A stretch of DNA of 64,000 nucleotides from Candidatus Kaelpia imicola (GCA_030765505.1 JAVCCL010000004.1:35933-99932); one strand, 5' to 3'. Positions 36,185 through 46,651 are shown, counted from the stretch's first letter. The notes: a model not told the origin generated them from the sequence alone. Numbers and translations are program-made.

Positions 36185-37558
36185 ATGAGAAACGTAGAGC
36201 TTGCGGTAATCGGTGCAGGTCCCGGAGGTTATCAGGCTGCTCTTCTTGCCGCCGCTTCTGGTATAGAGACTCTATTAATTGAGAAACAGTATCTTGGAGG
36301 GGTCTGTCTTAATTGGGGTTGTATTCCAACAAAGTATTTTCTAAATCAAAGCGAAAAGTATCTCCAGATAAAAAAGTCTAGAAACTTTGGCTTAAAAGAG
36401 AATTCTTTAAATCTAGACTATAAGTTGCTTAAAAAAGAAAAAGACTTATTAGTAAAATCTTTACGAGATGGTATTAAGTTTTTATTGGATAAGAGAGGTG
36501 TGGATTTAATATTTAAAGAGGCAGAGGTCTTATCATCAAGCCGTATTCTGATCAAAGATGGAGATAGCTCTGAAGAGATAGAAGCAGGGAATATAATAGT
36601 TGCGACAGGTTCACGGCCTAAACCTCTTAAAGGTATAGAGTTTGACAATAAGAGAGCATTCTCATCTGATACAATATTAGACTTAGATTATATCCCAAAA
36701 TCAATCACAATAATAGGGGCCGGAGTAATTGGGGTTGAATTTGCTTCTCACTTCTCCCGGTTAGGTAGCGAGGTAAGTTTGATTGAAGCTATGGATAGTA
36801 TCTTGCCTAATGTGGAGAGAGAGCTTTCAAAGGTAATAGAGTCTCGACTTATCAAGCAGGGTGTTAAGATGTATAGTTCTTCTGAGGTGGTTGATCTTAA
36901 AAAGAGAGAAGAATCTATAGAGTTAAATCTTTCTTCAGGGGATAGACTATCGTCACAGATTGTACTTGTTGCTGCATCCAGAGAGCCTAACGTAGAAGTT
37001 TTAGATAATACCGGTGTTGATTTAAAAAATAAGTTTGTTACCGTCCGTTCTAATACAGAATCATCCCTTAAAAATCTTTATGCTATAGGGGACTTAATTG
37101 GCGGGTCTATGCTGGCCCATAGTGCAAGCTATGGGGCTCATGTAGCAGTCTCAAATATAGCTGGGATCAAAAAAGAGCTGGACTATTCCTCTATACCTAA
37201 TTGCATCTATACGGATCCGGAGATTGCCTACATAGGTTTAAAAGAGAGAGAGGCTAAAGAACGAGGTTTTAAGGTAAAGATTGCGAAGTTCCCTTTTAAG
37301 GCACTAGGTAAGGCAAGGGCGGTATCAAAGACAGAAGGTTTTGTTAAAATCATTGCGGATGAGAGCAGCAAGGTGATATTAGGAGCAGGGCTTGCCGGAT
37401 CTTCTGTTACAGAACTGATAACAGAACTGACCATGGCTATAAAGTTTAAGATTCCTTATTCTGAACTTATAGACGTTGTGCATCCGCATCCTACACTAAG
37501 TGAGGCTATTGGTGAAGCTTTGGCGATTTTAAACGATAAAGCTATACACTATATATAA
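36185..37558 (+). CDS. lpd: Dihydrolipoyl dehydrogenase
   Basis: Redox-active disulfide GGVCLNWGCIPTK; two Rossmann folds; C-terminal dimerisation HPHPTLSE. Confidence 0.85.
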   Translation: MRNVELAVIGAGPGGYQAALLAAASGIETLLIEKQYLGGVCLNWGCIPTKYFLNQSEKYLQIKKSRNFGLKENSLNLDYKLLKKEKDLLVKSLRDGIKFLLDKRGVDLIFKEAEVLSSSRILIKDGDSSEEIEAGNIIVATGSRPKPLKGIEFDNKRAFSSDTILDLDYIPKSITIIGAGVIGVEFASHFSRLGSEVSLIEAMDSILPNVERELSKVIESRLIKQGVKMYSSSEVVDLKKREESIELNLSSGDRLSSQIVLVAASREPNVEVLDNTGVDLKNKFVTVRSNTESSLKNLYAIGDLIGGSMLAHSASYGAHVAVSNIAGIKKELDYSSIPNCIYTDPEIAYIGLKEREAKERGFKVKIAKFPFKALGKARAVSKTEGFVKIIADESSKVILGAGLAGSSVTELITELTMAIKFKIPYSELIDVVHPHPTLSEAIGEALAILNDKAIHYI

Positions 37559-37602
37559 ATATTAGCTTGATTTAATTTAAGAGTTACCTTTAAAATCTAA
37601 AT

Positions 37603-39291
37603 ATGAAATCTTTAAGAGTTGCCATTGCGCAGACCAATCCTTTGGTTGGAGATTTAAAGGGGAATAGTCGGGAGATAGCAAAATATATAAAAAAGGCGGC
37701 TGTTAGTGAGCCTGATATTGTAATCTTTCCGGAGCTTGCTCTCTGCGGCTACCCTCCTGAAGACTTGATTTTAAAACTCCACTTTAGAAAAGATTGTAAA
37801 GATACCCTTAAGAAGCTAATCAAAAATAATAATTTTAAAGGTCTGGTATTCCTCGGCTATATTGAAGAGAGTAGAGGCAGTATTTATAATAGTGTTGCTG
37901 TTATAAAGGGCAAGAGAGTAGTTGCAAATTATAGAAAGATCTGCTTGCCGAACTATGGAGTCTTTGATGAGAGAAGATATTTCTCCGGAGGTAATAACTC
38001 TATGGTTATATCACTTAGCGGGATAAAGGTTGCAATTACGATATGTGAGGATATCTGGGCCGATAATAGTTTTAATTATAGAGATATTTGGAGCGGAGTA
38101 GATGTGATAATAAATGTTTCGGCTTCCCCATATCATATGGGTAAATTTAATCAGCGCAAGAGGCTGCTTGAGAAAATATCTATAGAGTGTAAAGTCAAGA
38201 TTATATATGTAAATCAAGTTGGAGCTCAAGATGAGCTTGTTTTTGATGGTGCCAGCATGGTTGTCGATGATGGGTCTTTAAGGGTTATGGCCAGACAGTT
38301 TAAGGAAGATATGGTTTTTATAGACTTAGATTTTAAAAGTCTTAAGAGAAAAAAGTCTTCAAAGAATTGTAATTTTATTGGTTTAGATTTAAGTTCAAAA
38401 AGAAGAAAGACTATTTTACCAAGATTAAAAGAGAAGCCAATGGATGAACTAAAAGAGGTTTATTCAGCTCTTGAGATAGGTGTTAAGGACTATGTCAGAA
38501 AGAATGGTTTTTCAAAGGTGGTTATAGGTTTATCAGGAGGGATTGACTCTTCTCTTGTTGCGGCTATAGCAAAAGATGGTCTGGGTTCATCTTCTGTTTT
38601 GGGGGTTATAATGCCGTCAGCATATTCGTCTAAGTCGTCAATTAAAGATGCGCAGAGATTGGCAATGAATCTAGGAATCAAATCCATAGAAGTTCCTATA
38701 GGCGGTATATACGGTTCTTACATTAAGACTATGAAGCCATTTTTTAAAGGTTTAAAGTTTGATAAAGCAGAAGAGAATATTCAGGCTAGGATAAGAGGCA
38801 ACATTCTTATGGCCCTATCTAATAAGTTCGGCTACCTTGTCTTGACAACCGGTAATAAGTCTGAAGTCTCTGTTGGCTATTGTACTCTCTATGGTGATAT
38901 GGCTGGCGGTTTTGCTGTAATTAAAGACCTTACAAAGACCTTAGAGTATAAGCTGGCTAAATGGAGAAACAGTTTGGAGAAAATACCTCTAATACCGCTT
39001 AATGTTATAAAGAAAGCACCTTCTGCGGAATTACGTCCCAACCAGAAAGATCAAGATACGCTCCCTCCTTATAGTATGCTTGATGATATAGTCTTAAGGT
39101 ATATTGAAGAGGATATGAGTTTTGATGATATGGTAAGAGATGGATTTAATAAACATGTAGTCAAGAGGGTGATTAAAATGATAGACGACAATGAATATAA
39201 GCGCCGTCAATCCCCGCCTGGTATCAAGATTACACCCAAATCTTTTGGTAAGGATAGAAGAATGCCTATAACGAGCGGGTATAGGATATAA
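37603..39291 (+). CDS. nadE: Glutamine-dependent NAD+ synthetase (N-terminal CN-hydrolase domain)
   Basis: 562 aa; nitrilase-type N-domain; PP-loop GLSGGIDSS. Confidence 0.9.
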   Translation: MKSLRVAIAQTNPLVGDLKGNSREIAKYIKKAAVSEPDIVIFPELALCGYPPEDLILKLHFRKDCKDTLKKLIKNNNFKGLVFLGYIEESRGSIYNSVAVIKGKRVVANYRKICLPNYGVFDERRYFSGGNNSMVISLSGIKVAITICEDIWADNSFNYRDIWSGVDVIINVSASPYHMGKFNQRKRLLEKISIECKVKIIYVNQVGAQDELVFDGASMVVDDGSLRVMARQFKEDMVFIDLDFKSLKRKKSSKNCNFIGLDLSSKRRKTILPRLKEKPMDELKEVYSALEIGVKDYVRKNGFSKVVIGLSGGIDSSLVAAIAKDGLGSSSVLGVIMPSAYSSKSSIKDAQRLAMNLGIKSIEVPIGGIYGSYIKTMKPFFKGLKFDKAEENIQARIRGNILMALSNKFGYLVLTTGNKSEVSVGYCTLYGDMAGGFAVIKDLTKTLEYKLAKWRNSLEKIPLIPLNVIKKAPSAELRPNQKDQDTLPPYSMLDDIVLRYIEEDMSFDDMVRDGFNKHVVKRVIKMIDDNEYKRRQSPPGIKITPKSFGKDRRMPITSGYRI

Positions 39292-39336
39292 CCACTCTGT
39301 TCTATATCTTGCAACTTGTTTTTCTTAATTAGCCTT

Positions 39337-39378
39337 CATTGATACATTCATTGATGCATTATTTGATTTCATTATAAT
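39337..39378 (+). promoter_or_regulatory. Three tandem 12-13-bp direct repeats (tcattgatacat / tcattgatgcat / tatttgatttcat) abutting a TATAAT -10
   Basis: Operator-like iterated motif directly upstream of the giant ORF. Confidence 0.4.
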
Positions 39379-39488
39379 TGTATGGTATATATAAAAAGAG
39401 AGTTTCATTACGAGAGGGGAGGAACTAAAAAGTGTCTGAATAGTATATCTTTATTATGATATTTAACAATATAAGGTTGTAAAAATAT

Positions 39489-42400
39489 ATGGTAAATGTG
39501 ATGAGCAAAATAAAGTTTTTCATATTTGGAGTAGTGATTTTATTCTCTATAAATGGAAATATTCTGTCTACTTATCGTTATAATAACGTACGCAGGACTA
39601 AAAGCATAACTGCTGTATCTGAGGAAGGTATCCATTCTATTATTGAAATAATTCTCCAGGCTGTTGATTTTGAAAGTGAAGGTGATATTCTTATTTCTCA
39701 GAAGGGTATCTTCCTAAATGGAAATTGTATATCTCCTTCACCCAACCTTGGTTCTATCGGAGAACAAAGTTTCCAACTTCCCCAACCGTTTAAAGAACTG
39801 GCAATTCGAATAATAGGAGTCTATTCAGGTCTTTCTCAAGGCGAATTGCAGGAGGTTATGAGAAGCTGGAATAAACATTACGCTTTGGCAGCTCTTGGCA
39901 CAGAGGAAGCTGTTCGGACTATTTTCAGGTCAGTACCGTATCTAACAAGCAGTGCTGTATCAACAATTGAACATATAATAAAAAATGACTTTGGTTTTAG
40001 AGATGCAGCAGCATCTCTTTTGAAGCGCCCTGATTTAAATGAAGAAGGGGTAATTGCATTGCGTAAAGCTGTCGAATGTGAAGATTTAGAGCTTGAAACC
40101 CGTGTTTGTGCCATTGCATGTTTAACAAAACTGTTAAACTTAGGAGCTAGAATATCTGCTTTAGATAATTTACGCAGTGAGACAATTCAATGGCTTAATG
40201 ACTGTAAAGAAAAGTATGCGTCTTCGGAGCTGGTGAATTCATTTAAAGTTGCATTGAGCGGTATTTATGCGGTCTCTTTAGAGGAAGGTTTGGATTTAGA
40301 TTGTTTTGGCCCCGGCATAGTAGAATTTAGTTCGGAAAGAGAGCTTAATTTATATGATAAAGGACCTGTGTATGCTGAAAGAATTATTCAAGCTTTAGTT
40401 ACTCAAAAAAAGTATGATTTAATGTTAGAGGTCTTAAAAAATAATAGTAGTTATATAGAAAATAGGATTACTGTATTGGATCCTATTGCATCAGGAATAA
40501 CTGAAATGCCGGATTCAGTTTGCAACCGGATTATAGACTTTATAATTGCAAATGTTTCTGATGTTACAGATAAGAATGCGCTGGTTACTTTATTACATAT
40601 CGCTGCTCCTGATGTAGAAAAGGCGCAAAAGCTTATTCAGTACCTTATTACAAGATATGAAAATTTAGCAGAAGTACCTGTGTTTAGTTTTAATAGCCCT
40701 GAACTATTACAGGCTCTTAAAGAGCTTCTTTACAGCCCCACAATCTCTGCAGTATGGGAAGATGTTACGCATCTAATTAAAGTTATTCCGCATCCGTTTA
40801 CTCCCTATATTACAAGAGAACCTTTTTTTGGCTCAGGAGAAGCTACATCTTCAAACTCTGATACTTTGGTAATGGTTTCAAGAAACTTGGATGATACTTA
40901 TAAAACCCCTCTTATGAGTTATCAAAGGATTATGCTTCATGGGCACAAGAATTATGTTTCTCCTTCTAATATGAATGTAGCAATTGTAGAGGGGGTTTTA
41001 AATTTTTGGTTAACCGGTGATATCGAATGTATAAGAAATCTGCCTCACATAGAAAGTGAAGGAACTATTAAAAATATTATGGATGATAATTTGGATACAT
41101 ATGTTTCTACTCATCAGGAAGTTCTACAGGGACTTTTTCATACGCTTCAAATTGATAATGTCCAGGACTTACAAAAATTCAGTATCGAGGAAATAGCGGC
41201 TGCTTGTACAGAAGGAAAAGTTTTAGAAGAGATAAAACTGTATTTTAAGGTATTGAATAAATATCAGGGCGGGGTGGCTGCTAATGTACGTAAGGATTTA
41301 CAAAGCATAGAAATGCAGGGTTTAGTATGGGATGATTATCCTCCTCAGATACATCAGCTTTTTAATGATTTTATTGCATCCTGGGAATCTGCAGAAGATT
41401 CAGAAAGCCTTATTGCCGCAGCAGATAGACTCCAGCGTCTTATGTTGTCTGTGCAGGAATTTTGTGTTTCTGAAATTGAACCTGCAAAGAATCCTTTTGT
41501 AAAAATAGTAGTTCATAAAGATTTAGAACGGCTGGAGTTCAAAGACCCTAAATTTACTATGTTAAATGTATTGTACTATAAGCTTATTCTAGCTCAAGAA
41601 TCTATATATTCAAAAGTGTGGAATTCATTAGCAAGTCTGGAATCATTAAACAGAGAAGGATTAAGCTCTGCATTGGGATTTTTGAAATCTTTAACGGACA
41701 GCCTTGAAGAGCAGGGGTATATTAATGATTCTGTAATACAGGGTGTCGTGGAGGCAATTACTGAGGATATGCCGTACAGTATGTTGATAGACCATATTAT
41801 GTGGTGCAAACAGAATATTTATAACCCTTTATATAGTATGTTCTTAAAGAATGTTTTACAGATTGACGGTTTGAGTGATGATTATCTGCGGGACAGGGAA
41901 ATAGCAGTTCCTTGCTTAGAATATTTTAGGAAAGTTCTTGGTTATCTTCATGATGGGTTAAGTAATTCTCAGATATTAAAAGCAGAGCTTTTAGGTAATT
42001 TGGCTCCGGAGTTTGTGTTAATTCAGCAAAGCAAATCATTGTCACCGCTGGATATCGGTAATAAAGCATGGTCGTTAAATTATCTGAATCAAAACGGTTT
42101 CCAGGCTCCGGAAGCTGCAGTAATTACTAAAGAAGTTATCATGAATTGGGAAAATATGTCTGAGGTAGAAAGGCATGATATCATAGGTAAAATTGTATTG
42201 GAACTGGAACAGCGTACGGGGAAAGAATTCGGCCGCAATTTGCTTTTTTCTGTGCGAAGTTCTCCGGTTATACCGCATCCAGGGGTGCTTTTGACAATGC
42301 TTGATGTCGGTATGAATGAATCAGTTGTGGAAAATCTTATAGCAGAAATACAGGATGAAAGATTTGCCTGGGAAAATTATCGTGTTGCTGAATATATGTG

Positions 42401-43580
42401 GGCAGTAGAATATTTAGGAATTAAAGACGAAAATTTAAGGCAGGTAATAAATAGGGTAAAAGAAGCGCATGGAGTTGAAACTAAAAAGCAATTAAATGTT
42501 GATGCCATAAAAGAAGTCATCTATGAGTATGGGCAGTTGATAGATCAAGTTAGAGAGGATAGTCTTAGTAGTGGAAGTTTAGAGATAGGAGAGGACCCTA
42601 TGAGCATGAGTTCTTACGAACAGCTGTATCTTGCAGTTGTTCTTGCTGTTAAGTCCTATAATTCAGAAGCTGCTCAGTCGTATCGAAGGAGTGTTGGTAT
42701 TCCTGAGGACAGCGGTATGGGTATTATTATACAGGCTATGAGTTTCGGGAATTATTCTCAATCCTTATCCGGCGCTGGAACAGTGAATGTTACTGCCGAT
42801 GGTGAAATAAGAGGAACTTTTAACGAGTGTTCTTTGGGGGTAGACATAATGTCTGGTCTTTCCCGGGCAGGTATTCCTGTCAGCAATATGGGGACCGGCG
42901 ATGCTTCAACATCGACACTGGAATTTCTTTATCCGGATGTTTATAAAGAACTTTATACCGCATTGTTTGGAGATCCGGATACCGCAAAGGTAGGTATTTT
43001 TGACCTTTTTGGAAGGCAGCCTATACAGTATGAGTTTGTTATTGAACAAAATAAGATTGTTTCTCTTCAGGTTAGGACTTTAGCTGAAGAAGAGATATAT
43101 GATAGGAAACAGCTTAATTATGTAGAAATACCTTCAAGTGTTCCGGCATTAGGCAGAGGTATTTTTATCGGAAACAGGGCTGTAAAGGGTTATGTCATTA
43201 CAATAGATGATTATCTTGATCAGGGCAAACGTGCAGAGTTAATTGCGAAGGTAGATTCTGACCCTGACATTGACGGGCTGATTTTAGCAACAAGTGAGAT
43301 TAAAACTGCAGTCTTAGGGCCAATTTTACAGGATGCTTATATTTTAGGGTTCTTTAGCAACGTAGGGTATGAGGTTTCTCATGGAATTTCTTTGGCAATA
43401 CGTTATCATATATCCGCATTATTAGGTGTCCGGAATTTAAGTCACGATTTTACAACAGATGAATATACTTTTAAAGTAGGGAGTCAGCAAATAGTGCTTA
43501 AATCAGGTGATATAGTTACTATTGATACAGATGGTAAGTTATATCAGGGTGCCTATCCAATATATCCAATCGAGCAATAA
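39489..43580 (+). CDS. Giant membrane-anchored protein with C-terminal PPDK/PEP-synthase-like ATP-grasp plus phosphohistidine (PEP-utilizing mobile) domains
   Basis: 1363 aa; N-terminal hydrophobic anchor. IIIQAMSFGNYSQSLSGAGTVNV...GEIRGTFNECSLGVDIMSG resembles the V.VQ.MVFGN...SGV.FTR.P.TGE...GE.L.NAQGEDVVAG nucleotide-binding block of pyruvate phosphate dikinase. VSHGISLAIRYHISALLGV resembles the TSHAAI.ARE.GIPAVVG swivelling-His domain. Confidence 0.55.
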   Translation: MVNVMSKIKFFIFGVVILFSINGNILSTYRYNNVRRTKSITAVSEEGIHSIIEIILQAVDFESEGDILISQKGIFLNGNCISPSPNLGSIGEQSFQLPQPFKELAIRIIGVYSGLSQGELQEVMRSWNKHYALAALGTEEAVRTIFRSVPYLTSSAVSTIEHIIKNDFGFRDAAASLLKRPDLNEEGVIALRKAVECEDLELETRVCAIACLTKLLNLGARISALDNLRSETIQWLNDCKEKYASSELVNSFKVALSGIYAVSLEEGLDLDCFGPGIVEFSSERELNLYDKGPVYAERIIQALVTQKKYDLMLEVLKNNSSYIENRITVLDPIASGITEMPDSVCNRIIDFIIANVSDVTDKNALVTLLHIAAPDVEKAQKLIQYLITRYENLAEVPVFSFNSPELLQALKELLYSPTISAVWEDVTHLIKVIPHPFTPYITREPFFGSGEATSSNSDTLVMVSRNLDDTYKTPLMSYQRIMLHGHKNYVSPSNMNVAIVEGVLNFWLTGDIECIRNLPHIESEGTIKNIMDDNLDTYVSTHQEVLQGLFHTLQIDNVQDLQKFSIEEIAAACTEGKVLEEIKLYFKVLNKYQGGVAANVRKDLQSIEMQGLVWDDYPPQIHQLFNDFIASWESAEDSESLIAAADRLQRLMLSVQEFCVSEIEPAKNPFVKIVVHKDLERLEFKDPKFTMLNVLYYKLILAQESIYSKVWNSLASLESLNREGLSSALGFLKSLTDSLEEQGYINDSVIQGVVEAITEDMPYSMLIDHIMWCKQNIYNPLYSMFLKNVLQIDGLSDDYLRDREIAVPCLEYFRKVLGYLHDGLSNSQILKAELLGNLAPEFVLIQQSKSLSPLDIGNKAWSLNYLNQNGFQAPEAAVITKEVIMNWENMSEVERHDIIGKIVLELEQRTGKEFGRNLLFSVRSSPVIPHPGVLLTMLDVGMNESVVENLIAEIQDERFAWENYRVAEYMWAVEYLGIKDENLRQVINRVKEAHGVETKKQLNVDAIKEVIYEYGQLIDQVREDSLSSGSLEIGEDPMSMSSYEQLYLAVVLAVKSYNSEAAQSYRRSVGIPEDSGMGIIIQAMSFGNYSQSLSGAGTVNVTADGEIRGTFNECSLGVDIMSGLSRAGIPVSNMGTGDASTSTLEFLYPDVYKELYTALFGDPDTAKVGIFDLFGRQPIQYEFVIEQNKIVSLQVRTLAEEEIYDRKQLNYVEIPSSVPALGRGIFIGNRAVKGYVITIDDYLDQGKRAELIAKVDSDPDIDGLILATSEIKTAVLGPILQDAYILGFFSNVGYEVSHGISLAIRYHISALLGVRNLSHDFTTDEYTFKVGSQQIVLKSGDIVTIDTDGKLYQGAYPIYPIEQ

Positions 43581-43596
43581 TATTTTCTTAATCAAC

Positions 43597-43626
43597 CTTG
43601 ACAACTTAAGGAGTTCGTGCTATAAA
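43597..43626 (+). promoter_or_regulatory. pyr operon promoter (TTGACA -18- TATAAA)
   Basis: Consensus -35 with good -10. Confidence 0.6.
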
Positions 43627-43640
43627 TCTCTAGACCTTTA

Positions 43641-43661
43641 AACTGGTTCGGTGAGACCGGG
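43641..43661 (+). promoter_or_regulatory. Putative PyrR-binding loop in the pyr leader
   Basis: aactggTTCGGTGAGAccggg approximates the UCCnGnGAGG PyrR recognition motif within a potential hairpin. Confidence 0.35.
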
Positions 43662-43705
43662 AAGGTGAAAGAGATGAATAAGAATATAAGTTTCAATGAT
43701 GAAAA

Positions 43706-43734
43706 GAGGCCCTTCAAAGAGGGTTTATTTTTTT
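43706..43734 (+). terminator. pyr leader attenuator (short hairpin plus U-tract ending at the pyrR start codon)
   Basis: gaggccctt-caaa-gagggttt followed by atttttttt, ending 1 nt before the ATG at 43735. Confidence 0.45.
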
Positions 43735-44292
43735 ATGTCTAAGAAAATCATAGAACGTTCGAAGGTTTTAGATTCAAAACAACTCTATAAGACTGTCTGC
43801 CGTATAAGTCATGAAATAATAGAGAGAAATAAGTCTTTATCGAATATAGCTATTGTAGGCATAAGGACAAGAGGTGTCTATTTAGCAGATAGAATAGTAA
43901 ATAATATTTTTGAGATTGAGGGTGTAAAGATTCCGTCAGGAGTACTTGATATTACGCTCTACAGAGATGATCTTACTTTGATAGCAGAACAGCCTCTGGT
44001 TAAGGAGACAGAGCTTAACTTCGATATCAATGGTAAGCTGATAATAATAGTAGACGATGTGTTATTTACAGGCAGGACTGTTAGGTGCGCAATGGATGCT
44101 TTGATTGATTTTGGTAGACCCAGAGCTATTCAGCTTGCTGTTTTGGTTGACCGGGGTCACCGTGAACTTCCAGTAAGAGCAGATTATGTAGGTAAGAATG
44201 TACCGACCTCTCTTAGTGAATCTATAGAGGTAAGATTAAAAGAGGTTGATAAGAAAGATGAGGTTGTGATGTTGGAGGTAGTTGATGGCTGA
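43735..44292 (+). CDS. pyrR: Bifunctional pyr mRNA-binding attenuation regulator / uracil phosphoribosyltransferase
   Basis: MSKKIIE...[14 protein letters not shown]...DITLYRDDL...[12 protein letters not shown]. Confidence 0.9.
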   Translation: MSKKIIERSKVLDSKQLYKTVCRISHEIIERNKSLSNIAIVGIRTRGVYLADRIVNNIFEIEGVKIPSGVLDITLYRDDLTLIAEQPLVKETELNFDINGKLIIIVDDVLFTGRTVRCAMDALIDFGRPRAIQLAVLVDRGHRELPVRADYVGKNVPTSLSESIEVRLKEVDKKDEVVMLEVVDG

Positions 44293-45274
44293 GGATATTG
44301 TTGAAAGAGATATCAAGTGGAGTAAGAAGCATCTTCTTGGCATTGAAGATCTAACCGTAGAGGAGATAGGTTATATATTACAGCTTGCCAAATCTTTTAA
44401 GGAGATCTCAACCCGGCAGGTCAAGAAGGTCCCTGCTTTAAGAGGTAAAACAGTTGCTTTTCTATTCTTTGAACCCTCAACAAGAACCAGGATATCTTTT
44501 GAGCTTGCAGCTAAAAGGCTCTCAGCTGATACTGTGAGTTTCTCAGTCTCGACATCCAGTGTACAGAAAGGGGAGAATCTTAAGGATACAGCCCGCAATA
44601 TAGAGGCTATGAATGTTGATATTATAGTCTTAAGGCACCCAGCTTCCGGAGCTGCCCATTATCTCTCCGGGGTTGTATCGGCCGGTGTTATAAATGCCGG
44701 AGATGGGACACATGAACATCCAACTCAGGCTCTGCTTGATGTCTTTACCATCCAGGAGCAGAAAAAAAACATTGCAGGGTTAAGAATTGCTATCTTGGGT
44801 GATGTCTCTCATTCAAGGGTGGCAAGGTCTAATATATTTGCTCTTAAAAAATTAGGTGCTGAGGTTACACTCTGTGCGCCGCCAACAATGATTTTGCCTG
44901 AGTTTAAAGAGCTGGGCGTAGAGGTTTCATATGATCTTAAGGATGTTTTGGCCAAAGCCGATGTTTTAAATATCTTGAGGATACAGAGAGAGCGCATCAA
45001 TGAAAACCTGATTCCTTCAATAGCTGAATACAGAGAGTTTTTCGGTGTAGATAGAGCTAAGCTTTTAAAATATGCAAAGCCGGGATTACTAATTCTTCAT
45101 CCGGGTCCGGTAAATAGAGGAATTGAGCTAAGCCCTGACGTGCTTGACGAGGGATTGCTGGAGAAGAATATCTGCAGCGTTGTTTTAAATCAGGTTACAA
45201 ATGGCCTGGCGATCAGAATGGCGATACTCTATCTTATTGCAGGTATGGGAGGCAGCGTTGAAGTTACTGATTAA
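44282..45274 (+). CDS. pyrB: Aspartate carbamoyltransferase catalytic subunit
   Basis: STRTR motif ([11 protein letters not shown]); HPTQ. Confidence 0.95.
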   Translation: MMAEDIVERDIKWSKKHLLGIEDLTVEEIGYILQLAKSFKEISTRQVKKVPALRGKTVAFLFFEPSTRTRISFELAAKRLSADTVSFSVSTSSVQKGENLKDTARNIEAMNVDIIVLRHPASGAAHYLSGVVSAGVINAGDGTHEHPTQALLDVFTIQEQKKNIAGLRIAILGDVSHSRVARSNIFALKKLGAEVTLCAPPTMILPEFKELGVEVSYDLKDVLAKADVLNILRIQRERINENLIPSIAEYREFFGVDRAKLLKYAKPGLLILHPGPVNRGIELSPDVLDEGLLEKNICSVVLNQVTNGLAIRMAILYLIAGMGGSVEVTD

Positions 45275-46556
45275 AAATGGTTCGGTTATTGATTTAGAGA
45301 AAAAAGTTTTTAAAAAAAATGATATCTTGGTTCAAAATAAGAGAATCTCTAAGATAGCTAAAAATATAAAAGAGAAGGCGAATTTAGTAGTTGATGCTGG
45401 AGGATGCTATATCTTTCCAGGACTTATTGATATCCATGCTCATCTAAGAGAGCCAGGCCGGGAAGATGAGGAGAATATAGAGTCCGGTTCTCGTGCGGCT
45501 TTAAGAGGGGGTTTTACAACACTCTGCTGCATGCCCAATACAGATCCTGCTATAGATAGTGCCGGTCTGGTAAGATTTTTAAGAGAACGTTCTAAGAGCG
45601 TAGGCCTGGTAGATATTTATCCAGTGGGAGCTATTACAAAAGGAAGGGCTGGCTTGGAACTATCTGAGATGATTAAGATGAGAGAGGCAGGAGCTGTTGG
45701 TTTTTCAGACGATGGCAGCTGGGTTAATAGCCCGCTTCTTATGCGTAGAGCTATGGAGTATTCTGTTCTCTCCGGCTTACCTCTAATTATCCACGCCGAA
45801 GACGAGAGACTCTCTATCGGCGGCCTGATGAATGAAGGTATATTTTCTCTTAAGATGGGACTAAAAGGGTATACCGCGGGAGTCTGAGATAGTAGCCATT
45901 GCAAGAGATATAGAGCTCACTAGGCTAACAGGAGCCAGGATTCACTTTACGCATATAAGCTGTAGGGAATCTGTAGAGCTTATAAGAAAAGCTAAGAAAG
46001 ATAAGTTGATGGTTACTGCGGATGTTACTCCTCACCATCTAACTTTAACTGAAGACTCTGTTAGGGATTATAATACTTTTTCTAAGGTCAATCCCCTATA
46101 AGGACAGAGAAGGATAGGGGAGCTTTAATCAATGGATTAAAAAATAATACTATAGATATAATTGCTACTGACCATGCTCCGCATTCAAGCGAAGAGAAAG
46201 ATTGTAATTTCTCCGAGGCAAGTTTCGGTACTATAGGACTGGAGACAGCATTATCTTTAGGTCTAAAGTTAGTCAACGAAGGTAAGATAGATATCTTTTC
46301 TTTAATAGAGAAGCTTACTTCCAATCCCGCCAGGATATTCTCCTTTAAAGATAGAGGGAATATCTTAGAGAACTATTTGGCTGATATCATAGTAGTAGAT
46401 CCAGATCTAAAGTGGAAGTTTAGTCAGGAAGATATTGAATCTAAAAGTAAGAATTCCCCATTTTTAAATATGGAGTTGAAGGGAAGAGCTAGAACTGTTG
46501 TTTCAAAAGGCAGGGTTTTGGTTGATGACTTTAAATTGATTGGAGATTGTTTATGA
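45258..46556 (+). pseudogene. pyrC: Dihydroorotase, disrupted by two compensating 1-nt frameshifts as given
   Basis: Three collinear DHOase segments: frame 0 to 45887 (...DIHAHLREPG...KGYTAGV*), frame +1 from 45886 (EIVAIARDIELTRLTGARIHFTHIS...), back to frame 0 from 46098 (IRTEKDRGALINGL...DHAPHS...). The second shift lies in a C homopolymer (aatcccctata versus the expected N-P-P-I codons). Confidence 0.6.
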
Positions 46557-46651
46557 GGTTTTCTAAGGTGGTTTTACCGTCAGGGGGTTAATATTTTAGA
46601 CACGACTCCTCAGGCCAGAGAGATGTTGAAGGAGTCTCAATTAAATGAGTA

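Noticed and set aside
45201-45257. Upstream start of pyrC at 45201
   Set aside because: Extension overlaps the pyrB 3' end and encodes non-DHOase sequence; DHOase N-terminus ([11 protein letters not shown]) starts at the TTG at 45258.
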